Program-made: the position numbers and the translations under genes
Assembly (NCBI GenBank): GCA_965262715.1
Contig: OZ253553.1
Coordinates: 2,560,001-2,624,000, forward strand
Length of the DNA stretch: 64,000 nucleotides
From: Bdellovibrionales bacterium
GTDB lineage: Bacteria > Bdellovibrionota > Bdellovibrionia > Bdellovibrionales > JAUICD01
Reading direction: 5' to 3'
Part shown: in pieces, positions 1 to 10,092 of the stretch
Layout: the number at the start of each line of letters is the position of its first letter
Position numbering within the stretch: position 1 is the stretch's first letter
Notes under the pieces: model-generated
The model's database searches: none
The model's input: the letters and a program-made list of their open reading frames with translations, nothing else
Told to the model about the DNA's origin: nothing

Positions 1-594
1 AGAGTTGTAGATTCTGAAGGAAAAATACTAGGTATTATGGAATCTTCAGAAGCTTTAAGAATAGCTCAAGATAAAGGATTAGATCTGATAGAAATTGCAC
101 CTACTGCCAACCCTCCAACTTGTAAGATTATGGATTATGGGAAATACAAATATGAACAGAAAAAGAAAGCGCAAGAATCTAAGAAAAAGCAAACTATTAT
201 TTCTATCAAGGAAATTCAAATCCGCCCAAGAACAGATTCACATGACTTAAATATCAAGTTAAATCATGCTAGACGATTTTTAGAAAGCGGAGATAAAACA
301 AAAATTACAATGCGATTTAGAGGCCGGGAGATGGCTCATCAGGATATAGGACGTGAGCAAATTAAAAAAGTGATTCGAGCTTTAGAGGACGTGAGTGTCG
401 TGGAATTTTTACCTAAAATGGAAGGCCGTCAAATGTTTGTTATGCTCAATCCCACCCCTACCATATTAAAAAAGATTGCTCAGAAGAAAAAAGAAAGTAT
501 TACAAAAAAGCCTTCTGCTCCACCTGTAAATCAAAAAAAACAAAATGGTTTACCAACTCAAGACATACAATCACATAAAAAGGCTAGTGGATAA
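1..594 (+). CDS. infC: Translation initiation factor IF-3 (5' partial; frame is open from base 1)
   Basis: Motifs GLDLIEIAPTANPPTCKIMDYGKYKYE and KITMRFRGRE; in-frame RVVDSEGKILGI upstream of the ORF-track Met. Confidence 0.96.
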   Translation, partial: RVVDSEGKILGIMESSEALRIAQDKGLDLIEIAPTANPPTCKIMDYGKYKYEQKKKAQESKKKQTIISIKEIQIRPRTDSHDLNIKLNHARRFLESGDKTKITMRFRGREMAHQDIGREQIKKVIRALEDVSVVEFLPKMEGRQMFVMLNPTPTILKKIAQKKKESITKKPSAPPVNQKKQNGLPTQDIQSHKKASG

Positions 595-604
595 CTATAA
601 TTTA

Positions 605-1249
605 GGTTCATGACACCTTAAAGTGTTAATGTTTTCAATTGGAAATGTCTTTAACTTATAATTAATTCAATCTTTTTATCCGGGATTCTGGCAAACCGGC
701 AATCGGGCAGCAGTATCAGGGATCTACTTTAAATTTTTGCACCTTAAAAATTTTCTCCCAAGCCCTGACGGGTTTTAATAAAGGAAAAAATTTTTATGAC
801 GATGCAAAAATTTAAAACTTATCAGTTAGCTATTAATTTTTATCGTAACTCTAGAAAATTAAAGTTAAGGGAACCTCTTAAAAACCAGTTCCATAGGGCT
901 TCTCTAAGTATTGTGTTAAATTTAGCCGAAGGCAGCGCAAAACCAACAGCTAAAGAACGTAGGAAATTCTACAGAATTAGTCTTGGATCACTCAGAGAAG
1001 TTCAAACAATATTAGATATTATTTGTCATCAGAGTTTCATAAAAGAAGCTGACAAACTTGGAGCTTATTTATATAAGCTATGTCAAAACACCTGATTCTT
1101 ATAATTAAGGACTGTTAAATCAACTGAGAAAATATTGTATAAATGTTCTAAATTTGTTCTCAGAAATGCGGGAACGAACAAAATACTTATTTTTCATAAT
1201 TATAACAATAAGTTAACACCTGTGAAAGTCACCTTAAGGTGTCATGAAC
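605..1249. mobile_element. Non-autonomous TIR element carrying a four-helix-bundle gene
   Basis: 16-bp perfect inverted repeat GTTCATGACACCTTAA (606-621) / TTAAGGTGTCATGAAC (1234-1249); direct repeat TATAATTTA at 596-604 and 1250-1258. Confidence 0.75.
796..1095 (+). CDS. Four helix bundle protein (23S rRNA intervening-sequence protein / bAvd-like family)
   Basis: Signature QFHRASLSIVLNLAEG...RRKFYRISLGSLRE. Confidence 0.9.
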   Translation: MTMQKFKTYQLAINFYRNSRKLKLREPLKNQFHRASLSIVLNLAEGSAKPTAKERRKFYRISLGSLREVQTILDIICHQSFIKEADKLGAYLYKLCQNT

Positions 1250-1326
1250 TATAATTTAAGATAACTAACAACTCTCTTTTGGAACAGTTGACATAAGTTA
1301 AAGCTTTAGTTTAGGTTTAGTTCTAT

Positions 1327-2100
1327 ATGAAAAACACAGATCATAAAGTTAATTCTTCTAAATCTATGCTAAAGAAATTCAACGGCATAGGTTCTATATT
1401 GATAGCTATCATAGCTGCATTTACTCTGAGGTGGCTATTAATAGAGGCCTATGTAATCCCATCAGGTAGCATGCTACCCTCGCTTTTAATTCATGACCAT
1501 ATTTTTGTTAATAAAATAGCTTATGGAGTGAGAGTCCCATGGAGTAAAACTTGGCTTTTATATCTTTCTAAGCCTCAGAGGAGCGATGTTGTTGTGTTTC
1601 GTTTTCCTAATCCCGGTAGAAACCCTCGATACGAAGGTCAGTTTTTCATCAAACGCATTGTAGGACTTCCTGGAGATGAGGTTTTATACAAAGAAAGCCA
1701 TCTCTACATCAATGGAAATCAAATTAAAAGAAAAGACCCAATAACTTCTGAGGATTTTGATTGGATAAAAGATACAGATCTACATGGAAGAATGAGGTCT
1801 GATTATGACTTTTTTGATGAACAGCTTATATCTCAAAAAACACATCCTATTCTCTTAAGTAAACAACGCTTTAGAAGTGATTGGGGACCTCAGATCATTC
1901 CAGAAGGTCATTTCTTCGTTATGGGGGATAATAGAGACAATTCCAACGATGGCCGTCATTGGGGATTTGTCCCATTTGAAAACTTTATGGGAAAAGCTAT
2001 GTTTGTCTGGCTCAGCTGTGAAGAAACTTTACCCTTCCTCAATTTCCTTTGTCACCCTACTACAGTCCGCTGGTCTCGCTTTTTTCATTGGATTGACTAG
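1327..2100 (+). CDS. lepB: Signal peptidase I
   Basis: IPSGSMLPSL (Ser), FIKRIVGLPGD (Lys), GDNRDNSNDGRHWG. Confidence 0.95.
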   Translation: MKNTDHKVNSSKSMLKKFNGIGSILIAIIAAFTLRWLLIEAYVIPSGSMLPSLLIHDHIFVNKIAYGVRVPWSKTWLLYLSKPQRSDVVVFRFPNPGRNPRYEGQFFIKRIVGLPGDEVLYKESHLYINGNQIKRKDPITSEDFDWIKDTDLHGRMRSDYDFFDEQLISQKTHPILLSKQRFRSDWGPQIIPEGHFFVMGDNRDNSNDGRHWGFVPFENFMGKAMFVWLSCEETLPFLNFLCHPTTVRWSRFFHWID

Positions 2101-2443
2101 TTCACTAAAAATGAACTGGCCTCTCGAGGCGAGCCTCTGGCCATTTTCTGGCGATGACCACGACGGTTTGCACCGTCGATAAAATGGTCATCGCCTAGAA
2201 AACCTGTTCATTTTTAGTAAGGAGACTCTCCTCATTCTTTTACATCATGTTAAGGAAACTGTTTTGCTAATTCACTAAAAGTGAACTGGCCTCTTGAGGC
2301 AAGCCTTTCGAGGCGAGCCTCTGGCTGTTTTTTGGCAATGACCACGACGGTTTGCACCATCGATAAAATGGTCATCGCCTAGAAAACCTGTTCATTTTTA
2401 GGAGGGAGACTCTCTTCGTTCTTTTATATTATGTTAAGGAAAA
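2101..2443 (+). repeat. Two tandem copies of structured hairpin element, family A
   Basis: Copies ~2101-2258 and ~2270-2443; nested stems AAAAATGAAC/GTTCATTTTT and GGCGATGACCA/TGGTCATCGCC; common tail ATGTTAAGGAAA. Confidence 0.85.
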
Positions 2444-2529
2444 TTCAAAACAGATTCTTTTACCGAGGCTGTTTGCTAGTTATCTGATTTGCCTGATTGC
2501 TAAATCCCAGAATAAAAAAGGCCGCTTAA

Positions 2530-2669
2530 CTAGGAGCTGTTTACCTGTAATAAGTTCTTGAAATTAAAAGCGTACAGCAGACTTCTAACTCTGACTATTA
2601 AATTTCATGTCTATTTTATTCAGCACTAAACTATCTAAAATGAAACCTCGAAAGGTAAACAGTTCCTAG
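2530..2669. mobile_element. MITE, about 135 bp, IS5-like ends
   Basis: TAACTAGGAGCTGTTTACCT (2527-2546) and AGGTAAACAGTTCCTAGTTA (2653-2672) are 19/20 inverted; CTAG on both flanks. Confidence 0.6.
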
Positions 2670-5600
2670 TTATAAATCTGACTGAATATTGCTATAATGA
2701 GATAAAGAAACACCATGATAGAAATACAATAGAATATCTCGATAGCTCCATGGTTCATCAAAGTTTTCAGGAACTACTGCATTTTCTGTAGGTAAATTAT
2801 CAGCATGACTTTTCCATCCTTCTTTGGTAAGCTCCATCATCACTATTTGAGGCAAGCCTCTCCCATGTCCACGATACTGACTTATATGATCATAATCTTC
2901 ACAAAGAAGATAACTAGGAATATTTCTTGATTTAGCCACAGGATTAGTAACATCATCATTAGTTGCCAATTCTGTACAGGAAAAATACTCTGTAAGTGCT
3001 ACTCTACCTCTATAAGATAAAACAATGCCCCTTGTTTCTTGAATAGCTCTGTCACTACGCAAACGTTCTTCTTCAACTCCTAAATAGAGTTGAAATTGAG
3101 TTGTAGGACTAACATCCCACGCGCGAGAATGAACAGTTCTTGCCATGACTACATGATATAAAGCAAAGCTACGAGCTGCAATAGCTTGAGCCTTTAAAGC
3201 ATCCATATCAGAATTCACCGGAAGTTCAGAAGGAACAACAGATCTAATATATTCTTCTATATGTAAATCATTGATAAGACTCCATTCAAGAAGTTCTGAA
3301 TTTTTACTTTGCTCAGCAAGTTGAATACGAAAAGAACCCTGAAAAGATCTCATAGTAGACCCCCAATTTACTTCAGTGACCTCATCCGACTGACTAGGAA
3401 TAATCTTTATATAATGAGTAGATCCGTTATAATCAATCAGTTGATCAAGAGAATACTCATCCCAATACTCTCCTGAGTAGAACCTGATGATATTGTTCTT
3501 ACAGTCGGGTTGATCAGGACAGTCCATTATCAATTGTATTTCTTGTACATGTTCAGCTAAGACTTCATAATTGATTAAGTGTACATCTGAATGAATTTCT
3601 AATCTCATATCTTGGCCTGCAAGAGATAATTGCATGTTATTTCTGCGTGTTCTACGATAGGCATTGTCTCCGCTATGAATAGGAAACAACTTAACACCTA
3701 AAAACTGATATTCTTCCATTTCTAGATTTTCAGTAGCGATCAAGGAATTTTCTAGACCTCTTGCTCTTTCTCTTAACTGAGCCCATTGATTTTCTATTTC
3801 TTCTTTTTTTTGCTCATCACTTCTCTCCGTTTCTATTACTAAGTCTTGTAGACCTTCAGGTAACCTGAATATCTCATGATAAGATATTATATCTTGACCT
3901 CTATATTTGAGCCCCCTCCTCCCTTCATAAGTTAAACGAACCCAATTATTAACATTTTCTTCTGTCTCCCGATTTTCAATCCTTAACACAACCTCTCTTA
4001 GATCAACAGGTATAAGGGATAAACCATACTTATCTATAATACCTTGTTTTTGAATTCGCAGTTGATTTCTATCAATAAAAGATAAGTCAACCCAGTTTTC
4101 AACGTCAGCTCTAATATGATCACTCATTTTAGGTACTGCTATATTTGTGTGATAAGTTGTCTTTAAAGCTACATTTTCCGTATAATCAGCCAGATTATAT
4201 CTTTCTTCTTCTTTTTCTTTTTTTAGATAGCTTTTCCATGCTGACTCTACATCTTCAGAGAAATTGATGACACTTCTTTTTGCTATAGATATTTTATTGA
4301 GAATCCAGTTGTTAGAAGAACCTGATACTTCATCGTTATCATTTGACATTGCATCTTGAATTTCCAACTCTTCTTCAGATTTTTCTTGTTTTTTATTTTC
4401 TTCAACTAAGATGGCTTCATCCTGAAAGTCTGATGAGATTTCTATCAAATCATCTCTTTCAGATATTTCATCTTCTATCCTTTCTTTTATGTATGTGTCC
4501 AACTTATGGTATAAACCTTCCCCAAATTCATATACATGCTGTCCTGTTGTTGTTATTTTATCCAAAATCCCTCTTAATTTAGGTGTAATTTTCTCAAGTC
4601 GCACTTGATCTGAAATCTGCTCAAAAAAAGCAGTCGCTACATCAAATGCCTTATCCCACCTTGAAATATCTAAATCATCTTCCAGATTAATTGGACCAGT
4701 TTGAATTTCTACAGGAGGAATTGTAACAACTTCTAGCACTGGTGCAGGTACATCTGGAACAACAACTACTGGCTCTGGCGTAGGAGTCACTTCCGGAACA
4801 ACTACCTCTAGCTCTGGCGTAGGAGTCACTTCCGGAACAACTACCTCTAGCTCTGGCGTAGGAGTCACTTCCGGAACAACTACCTCTAGCTCTGGCGTAG
4901 GAGTCACTTCCGGAACAACTACCTCTAGCTCTGGCGTAGGAGTCACTTCCGGAACAACTACCTCTAGTTCTGGCGTAGGAGTCACTTCCGGAACAACTAC
5001 CTCTAGCTCTGGCGTAGGAGTCACTTCCGGAACAACTACCTCTAGCTCTGGCGTAGGAGTTACTTCCGGAACAACTACCTCTAACTCTGGTGTAGGAGTC
5101 ACTTCCGGAGCAACTACCTCTAGCTCTGGCGTAGGAGTCACTTCCGGAACAACTACCTCTAGCTCTGGCGTAGGAGTTACTTCCGGAACAACTACCTCTA
5201 ACTCTGGTGTAGGAGTCACTTCCGGAGCAACTACCTCTAGCTCTGGCGTAGGAGTCACTTCCGGAACAACTACCTCTAGCTCTGGCGTAGGAGTTACTTC
5301 CGGAACAACTACCTCTAACTCTGGTGTAGGAGTCACTTCCGGAGCAACTACCTCTAACTCTGGTGTAGGAGTCACTTCCGGAACAACAACCTCTAACTCT
5401 GGTGTAGGAGTTACTTCCGGAACAACTACCTCTAGCTCTGGTGTAGGAGTTACTTCCGGAACAACTACTGGCTCTGGTGTAGGTACATCTGGAACAATAA
5501 CTACTGGCTTTGGTGCAGGTACATCTGGAACAACAACTACTGGCTTTGGTGCAGGTACATCTGGAACAACAACTACTGGCTTTGGTGCAGGTACATCTGG

Positions 5601-6200
5601 AACAACAACTACTGGCTTTGGTGCAGGTACATCTGGAACAATAACTACTGGCTCTGGTGCAGGTACATCTGGAACAACAACTACTGGCTCTGGTGTAGGT
5701 ACATCTGGAACAACAACTACTGGCTCTGGTGCAGGTACATCTGGAACAATAACTACTGGCTCTGGTGCAGGTACATCTGGAACAATAACTACTGGCTTTG
5801 GTGCAGGTACATCTGGAACAACAACTACTGGCTCTGGTGTAGGTACATCTGGAACAACAACTACTGGCTCTGGTGCAGGTACATCTGGAACAATAACTAC
5901 TGGCTCTGGCGTAGGAGTCACTTCCGGAACAACTACCTCTAACTCTGGTGTAGGAGTCACTTCTTCAACATCCTTAATGGTTTCATTATTTTTTTCATCT
6001 TGAGGTTCAGGAGAAGAACAGCCCATTACAACGAATAAACAAATCATCCAAGTAAATGTTTTTAAATAACTTGATAATAAGTAATTCATATAGAGACCGA
6101 GACTATAGGTGATATACTGAAGCAATTCTAAGTTCCTTATCTTTGGTTTACAAAACAAAAAAGTTTTAATATGAGCTTTATTAAAAATATTCATTATCAA
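2670..6200 (-). CDS. Lipoprotein with long Pro/Val/Glu repeat stalk and C-terminal SpoIID/LytB domain (start may be the Met of MNYLL, ~6089)
   Basis: Lipobox-like LFVVMGC; EEYIRSVVPSE, ALKAQAIAARSFA, QFQLYLG and GHGRGLPQ motifs. Confidence 0.85.
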   Translation of the reverse strand: MIMNIFNKAHIKTFLFCKPKIRNLELLQYITYSLGLYMNYLLSSYLKTFTWMICLFVVMGCSSPEPQDEKNNETIKDVEEVTPTPELEVVVPEVTPTPEPVVIVPDVPAPEPVVVVPDVPTPEPVVVVPDVPAPKPVVIVPDVPAPEPVVIVPDVPAPEPVVVVPDVPTPEPVVVVPDVPAPEPVVIVPDVPAPKPVVVVPDVPAPKPVVVVPDVPAPKPVVVVPDVPAPKPVVIVPDVPTPEPVVVPEVTPTPELEVVVPEVTPTPELEVVVPEVTPTPELEVVAPEVTPTPELEVVVPEVTPTPELEVVVPEVTPTPELEVVAPEVTPTPELEVVVPEVTPTPELEVVVPEVTPTPELEVVAPEVTPTPELEVVVPEVTPTPELEVVVPEVTPTPELEVVVPEVTPTPELEVVVPEVTPTPELEVVVPEVTPTPELEVVVPEVTPTPELEVVVPEVTPTPELEVVVPEVTPTPEPVVVVPDVPAPVLEVVTIPPVEIQTGPINLEDDLDISRWDKAFDVATAFFEQISDQVRLEKITPKLRGILDKITTTGQHVYEFGEGLYHKLDTYIKERIEDEISERDDLIEISSDFQDEAILVEENKKQEKSEEELEIQDAMSNDNDEVSGSSNNWILNKISIAKRSVINFSEDVESAWKSYLKKEKEEERYNLADYTENVALKTTYHTNIAVPKMSDHIRADVENWVDLSFIDRNQLRIQKQGIIDKYGLSLIPVDLREVVLRIENRETEENVNNWVRLTYEGRRGLKYRGQDIISYHEIFRLPEGLQDLVIETERSDEQKKEEIENQWAQLRERARGLENSLIATENLEMEEYQFLGVKLFPIHSGDNAYRRTRRNNMQLSLAGQDMRLEIHSDVHLINYEVLAEHVQEIQLIMDCPDQPDCKNNIIRFYSGEYWDEYSLDQLIDYNGSTHYIKIIPSQSDEVTEVNWGSTMRSFQGSFRIQLAEQSKNSELLEWSLINDLHIEEYIRSVVPSELPVNSDMDALKAQAIAARSFALYHVVMARTVHSRAWDVSPTTQFQLYLGVEEERLRSDRAIQETRGIVLSYRGRVALTEYFSCTELATNDDVTNPVAKSRNIPSYLLCEDYDHISQYRGHGRGLPQIVMMELTKEGWKSHADNLPTENAVVPENFDEPWSYRDILLYFYHGVSLSHYSNIQSDL
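4731..5963 (-). repeat. Coding tandem repeats: 39-bp (PELEVVVPEVTPT) block and 36-bp (PEPVVVVPDVPA) block
   Basis: Directly visible near-identical units. Confidence 0.97.
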
Positions 6201-6562
6201 AAAGCCTAAGTTAAAGTAAAAACATAAAGTTTTATGTACAACTGCAAGTATTTTAAAAATACCTTGAAATCATTTAATTAGAGAAGATGAAGAGTGAATC
6301 AAATGTGAAACTTTATTTTAAAAACATTTTCTATAGGTGTAAACACGACGATTGAAAAGAAATCATATTTAGATAAAATAATGGACTGAAGTCTTTAAAA
6401 GGTATTGGACAAATTCTTATATTAAAACACAACCTAAGGTTTCTAGAAGCCATCTCAAAAATAAATATTTGCATTTTACGACATCTCTATTCCGGGGTCT
6501 GGCAATCAGGCAGTCTGGGATCAGTATCAGGTAACAGGGATCTGCTTTAAATAAGTTTAATT

Positions 6563-6808
6563 GATTTCCCTAACATAGTATAAAAAAACGAAGAGTGTCT
6601 ATTTACTCAAAATGAACATGTTTTCTAGACAATAAGCCATTTGCCGATAGCGAAAGGCTGTCAGGCTTATTGCCAGAAAACTGCCAGAGGCTTGCCTTGA
6701 GAGGCTCACCTCGAGAGGCTCACCTCGAGAGGCTCACCTCGAGAGGCTCACCTCGAGAGGCTCACCTCGAGAGGCTCACCTCGAGAGGGTAGTTCATTTT
6801 GGGTGAAA
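6563..6808 (-). repeat. Family A hairpin element with internal 14-bp tandem expansion (GAGAGGCTCACCTC about x6)
   Basis: Reverse complement has TTCACCCAAAATGAAC...GGCAATAAGCC/GGCTTATTGTC...ATGTTAGGGAAA. Confidence 0.85.
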
Positions 6809-6906
6809 CAGCTCAAGCTATATTGAATATGATAGGCCATGTTGACTTAGCAAAACAAGCAGATCAACTAGGAGCTTATTTATATAAGCTATGTCAAAAT
6901 ACTTAA
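6805..6906 (+). pseudogene. 3' fragment of a four helix bundle gene
   Basis: Translates to ETAQAILNMIGHVDLAKQADQLGAYLYKLCQNT*, matching the C-termini of 796..1095 and 62800..63093. Confidence 0.85.
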
Positions 6907-6961
6907 GTCTTATTTGAGGTTTACTTTATTTGTAGGACAAACAAGATTTTTCAAATATTTT

Positions 6962-7666
6962 CTAAGAATCTGTAAATGAAACTTTAGGAAGAATAAAGAG
7001 TTGAGGATCAGAAGGTAGGTATGGCTTAAATTCTTGAATGTAAATAGTGACTTCAAATATCTCCGATGAAATCTTCAACGTTTTTTTATGTCCCCTGCGT
7101 TTTGTCCATATAACAGTGAAAGAATCTATCTTGCATTTATCAACATGTCCTGCCTGATTAAAACCACATATCCAGTTTGATCGAGGCTGCTCAAATACAA
7201 TTGGAATAATCCATAAAGGATTTATTGTTAAAGGGATGACATTTTCAAAAATTTGAGTGTTAGGCGCGCTTTGGCGATAGATTTTCTTCGAAGGAACAAG
7301 TAGAGTAACTTGATTTTCTTTTAAGGTTAGGCTGGCTATATGAAAGCCAATGGATGTTGTGATCTCTAACCTTAATAAAGAAGGCTTCTTAGCAAAAACA
7401 TCTAAGTTAAAGGTAAAAGATTTTTGTTCTTTTATATTGGTGAGCCGCATTCTACCTGAAAATGTACCTTCTTCATATGAATTAATGAAAGGAGTTGTTG
7501 TAACACAAGCAGAAAATATAACTAAATAACTAAGGAGTAGAAGAACATTTATGAGACGCAGGAGTTCTCTCTTCCACAACATCTGTAATGGCTCTAATTT
7601 TAGATTGGAGTTGATCTTTTTCTTGTCTACCAGTTTCAATCTCATAAGCTTTTTTATACATCTCAA
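6962..7666 (-). CDS. LolB-like / DUF4292-like lipoprotein (true start probably downstream of 7666)
   Basis: Lipobox IFSAC, LRLEITTSIG motif, position directly after a TPR gene as in TPR-lolB loci. Confidence 0.6.
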   Translation of the reverse strand: MRCIKKLMRLKLVDKKKINSNLKLEPLQMLWKRELLRLINVLLLLSYLVIFSACVTTTPFINSYEEGTFSGRMRLTNIKEQKSFTFNLDVFAKKPSLLRLEITTSIGFHIASLTLKENQVTLLVPSKKIYRQSAPNTQIFENVIPLTINPLWIIPIVFEQPRSNWICGFNQAGHVDKCKIDSFTVIWTKRRGHKKTLKISSEIFEVTIYIQEFKPYLPSDPQLFILPKVSFTDS

Positions 7667-9356
7667 GAGCTTTACTTAGCAAGTTATTCTTATAATAAGC
7701 ATCTCCTAGATGTTCTGCAATAACGCTTTCATTAGATTGTATTTTATATGCAGACTCAAGCAGTTTAATAGAATCTGATACCTGACCTTTTTTAAAGATA
7801 ACCCAACCTAGTGTATCTTTAATATACCCATCATTAGGTTTTAGTTCTATTGCTTGTCTTGCTAGTTTTTCAGCTTCATCAAGTTGTTCATTCATTTCAG
7901 CGTAAGTATAAGCCAAGTAATTCAAAGCTTCAACATGCTGAGGGTTCAGGGAAAGAACATGTTTCATTATTCTTATTGTTTCTTTTTTCTGTCCCACTTT
8001 ATCATAAAGAGAGCCTAAGATAAAATGTAATTGCTCTTCTTTTGGAAACTTTTTGATAGCTGAGTTAAGAAAAGTAATAGCTTTGCCATATTGTTGAGAG
8101 TCATCAAGTAGAGAGGCATAGACAATAGAAAGTTTAGAGCTTTGAGGACTTGAATCCGTTGCACCTTCTAAAATTTGAATGGCTTTTTGAGATTTTCCTT
8201 GTTTGTTTTCTAAATAAGCTGCATATATACGAGATTCATCATGGTAAGGACTTGATTTAGGAACACTTAAAAAAGCCTTGATGGCTTTTGGATATTGCTC
8301 TATTTCCTCATAAATAGCACCTATATAAAAATGTATACGAGCTGCTCCTGCTTGAGGCTTTTTGTTAAGTATATCTTGTAATTTACTTAAGGCTTCCTTG
8401 TATTTTTTTTGTTTTATCAAAATAAAAGCCATACGTGTCTGCATTTCAATATTACTAGGACTAAAAGCTGAAATAATTTCATATTGTAAATAGGCACTAT
8501 TGTAATCCTGTTGATACAGATAAATTCTGCTCAAATAGAGTGCTATTTGTTCATCTGGACCAAACTTTTTGTTAAAAGATTGTAAAAGCTCTATAGCTTC
8601 TGTAGATTTATTTGTTTGTTCATACAACTTAGTCAAAGCAATTGTTGCTTGTTTAAAATCCTCTTGAATTTTTAAAGCTTTTTTATAGTACTTTTCTGCT
8701 TCAACAAAGTTTTGTTTTCCTTGTTGCATGTAGCCTAAGTAGTAATAAGCCGTATGCTTATGTTGATCTGAGTTTTTAATGAAATTTTGAAGAATTTCTA
8801 TCGCTTCTTTCTCTTTTTCTTTTTGTTGCATAATAGTAAGAGCTAGTTGGAGATAAAGTTCTAAGCTATCTTTATCTTTAGCAGAATAATGACTAAGAGT
8901 TTGGCGATATTGCTCTTCAGCTTGCTTATAAATACCTAAAGACATGTAGATTGTCCCTAAAAAAATAGTAGCTTTTTGATTTTTGGGATCAATTTCCAGA
9001 ACAGTATTAGCAGAAGCAATAGATTTTGTGATATCACCATCTCTAAGATGTAGCTGCGCTAACTTTAGATGCACCAAAGTAGATTTAGAATCATAAACTA
9101 ATGTTTTTTTAAGCTCTTCAATAGCCTTCTTAGTATTGTTTGAAGCACTATAAATCTCTGATAGAGTAAAGTGATAGTCAGCTTTACTCTTGTTATCAAT
9201 GGAAGTTGAAGAAAGCAAAGATATATCTGTTATCTGTCCATCAGTAGTTTTTTTTTTTGAAGAAATAGATGTATCATCTTCATGAGAGTTTTTAGGCAAA
9301 GAAGAACAAGCTACTGTCAATAAACTTAAAATAAGTATCATTATTTTATCAAACAC
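7530..9356 (-). CDS. Tetratricopeptide repeat lipoprotein
   Basis: Lipobox LTVAC, many TPRs, ALNYLAYTYAE...YIKDTLGWV. Confidence 0.9.
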   Translation of the reverse strand: MFDKIMILILSLLTVACSSLPKNSHEDDTSISSKKKTTDGQITDISLLSSTSIDNKSKADYHFTLSEIYSASNNTKKAIEELKKTLVYDSKSTLVHLKLAQLHLRDGDITKSIASANTVLEIDPKNQKATIFLGTIYMSLGIYKQAEEQYRQTLSHYSAKDKDSLELYLQLALTIMQQKEKEKEAIEILQNFIKNSDQHKHTAYYYLGYMQQGKQNFVEAEKYYKKALKIQEDFKQATIALTKLYEQTNKSTEAIELLQSFNKKFGPDEQIALYLSRIYLYQQDYNSAYLQYEIISAFSPSNIEMQTRMAFILIKQKKYKEALSKLQDILNKKPQAGAARIHFYIGAIYEEIEQYPKAIKAFLSVPKSSPYHDESRIYAAYLENKQGKSQKAIQILEGATDSSPQSSKLSIVYASLLDDSQQYGKAITFLNSAIKKFPKEEQLHFILGSLYDKVGQKKETIRIMKHVLSLNPQHVEALNYLAYTYAEMNEQLDEAEKLARQAIELKPNDGYIKDTLGWVIFKKGQVSDSIKLLESAYKIQSNESVIAEHLGDAYYKNNLLSKALEMYKKAYEIETGRQEKDQLQSKIRAITDVVEERTPASHKCSSTP

Positions 9357-9457
9357 AAAAAAACTCCCTTAAAGTTATTTCGGCAGCATTCCTCTTTGTC
9401 TTTACAATGAAATGTCTAACTTAAAGGCTAGTTTTCTCTATTAATTCATAGAAGAAA

Positions 9458-9491
9458 GAAAAAAAGCCAGGCGGAGGGGGACGCCTGGCTT
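9458..9491 (-). terminator. Intrinsic terminator
   Basis: GC stem GCCAGGCG/CGCCTGGC followed by a T-run on the minus strand. Confidence 0.75.
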
Positions 9492-9601
9492 GAAAATAGG
9501 TTAGGGTTTTTAATGTGAGAGCTTCTACTGTGTCTATTTGTTCAAATAAAATTCATAAAGGCTTACACTAATTAGAGCGTCTCGCATATAAATATAAAGA
9601 A

Positions 9602-9617
9602 GCAAAATTAATGCCAC
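9602..9617 (-). promoter_or_regulatory. sigma54 (-24/-12) promoter
   Basis: Minus strand TGGCATTAATTTTGCT fits TGGCA-N-TTGC with GG-N10-GC spacing. Confidence 0.6.
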
Positions 9618-10017
9618 CTTCAATCTGGTGCTATTTTGCAAAAATACCTAATTTATAAGCACTTCACCTCAAATAAAGATTTTTAGAATCGATTTAAGAG
9701 ACAAAAAAAAGCCACCAGTGACAAAAATTATCTTTATTTGATTTAAAAATATGATTCTCATTATCATGATTTTTATTATCCTTCGATTGATTGCGTTTTA
9801 ATTTCAAAAAGAGCTCTTATTTGTCACTAGTGTTTAACTCACCGATCTCTTTTTAAAAATAAAGAAGATACGCTTAACCTATTGAAATTATAGAAATAAT
9901 TTCTAATTCTGTTATCTGAAAAGAATAAAAACGTATCTACAGCTTTTACCTACTTAATATATCTTAGACAAAAAATACTTTGTATTTTCAGTATATTAGA
10001 CTGCTTGTCATCAAAAA

Positions 10018-10033
10018 TGGCACATATTTTGTA
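10018..10033 (+). promoter_or_regulatory. sigma54-like promoter upstream of the VWA gene
   Basis: TGGCACATATTTTGTA: GG-N10-GT variant about 60 bp before the ATG. Confidence 0.45.
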
Positions 10034-10092
10034 TTAACTATATTTAGAAGAAATTAAATAAATTAAATTAATGAAAACGGAGTGAGTGTTTT

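Noticed and set aside
796..1095. Diversity-generating retroelement suggested by Avd-like genes
   Set aside because: No reverse transcriptase and no TR/VR pair with adenine-specific differences in the window.
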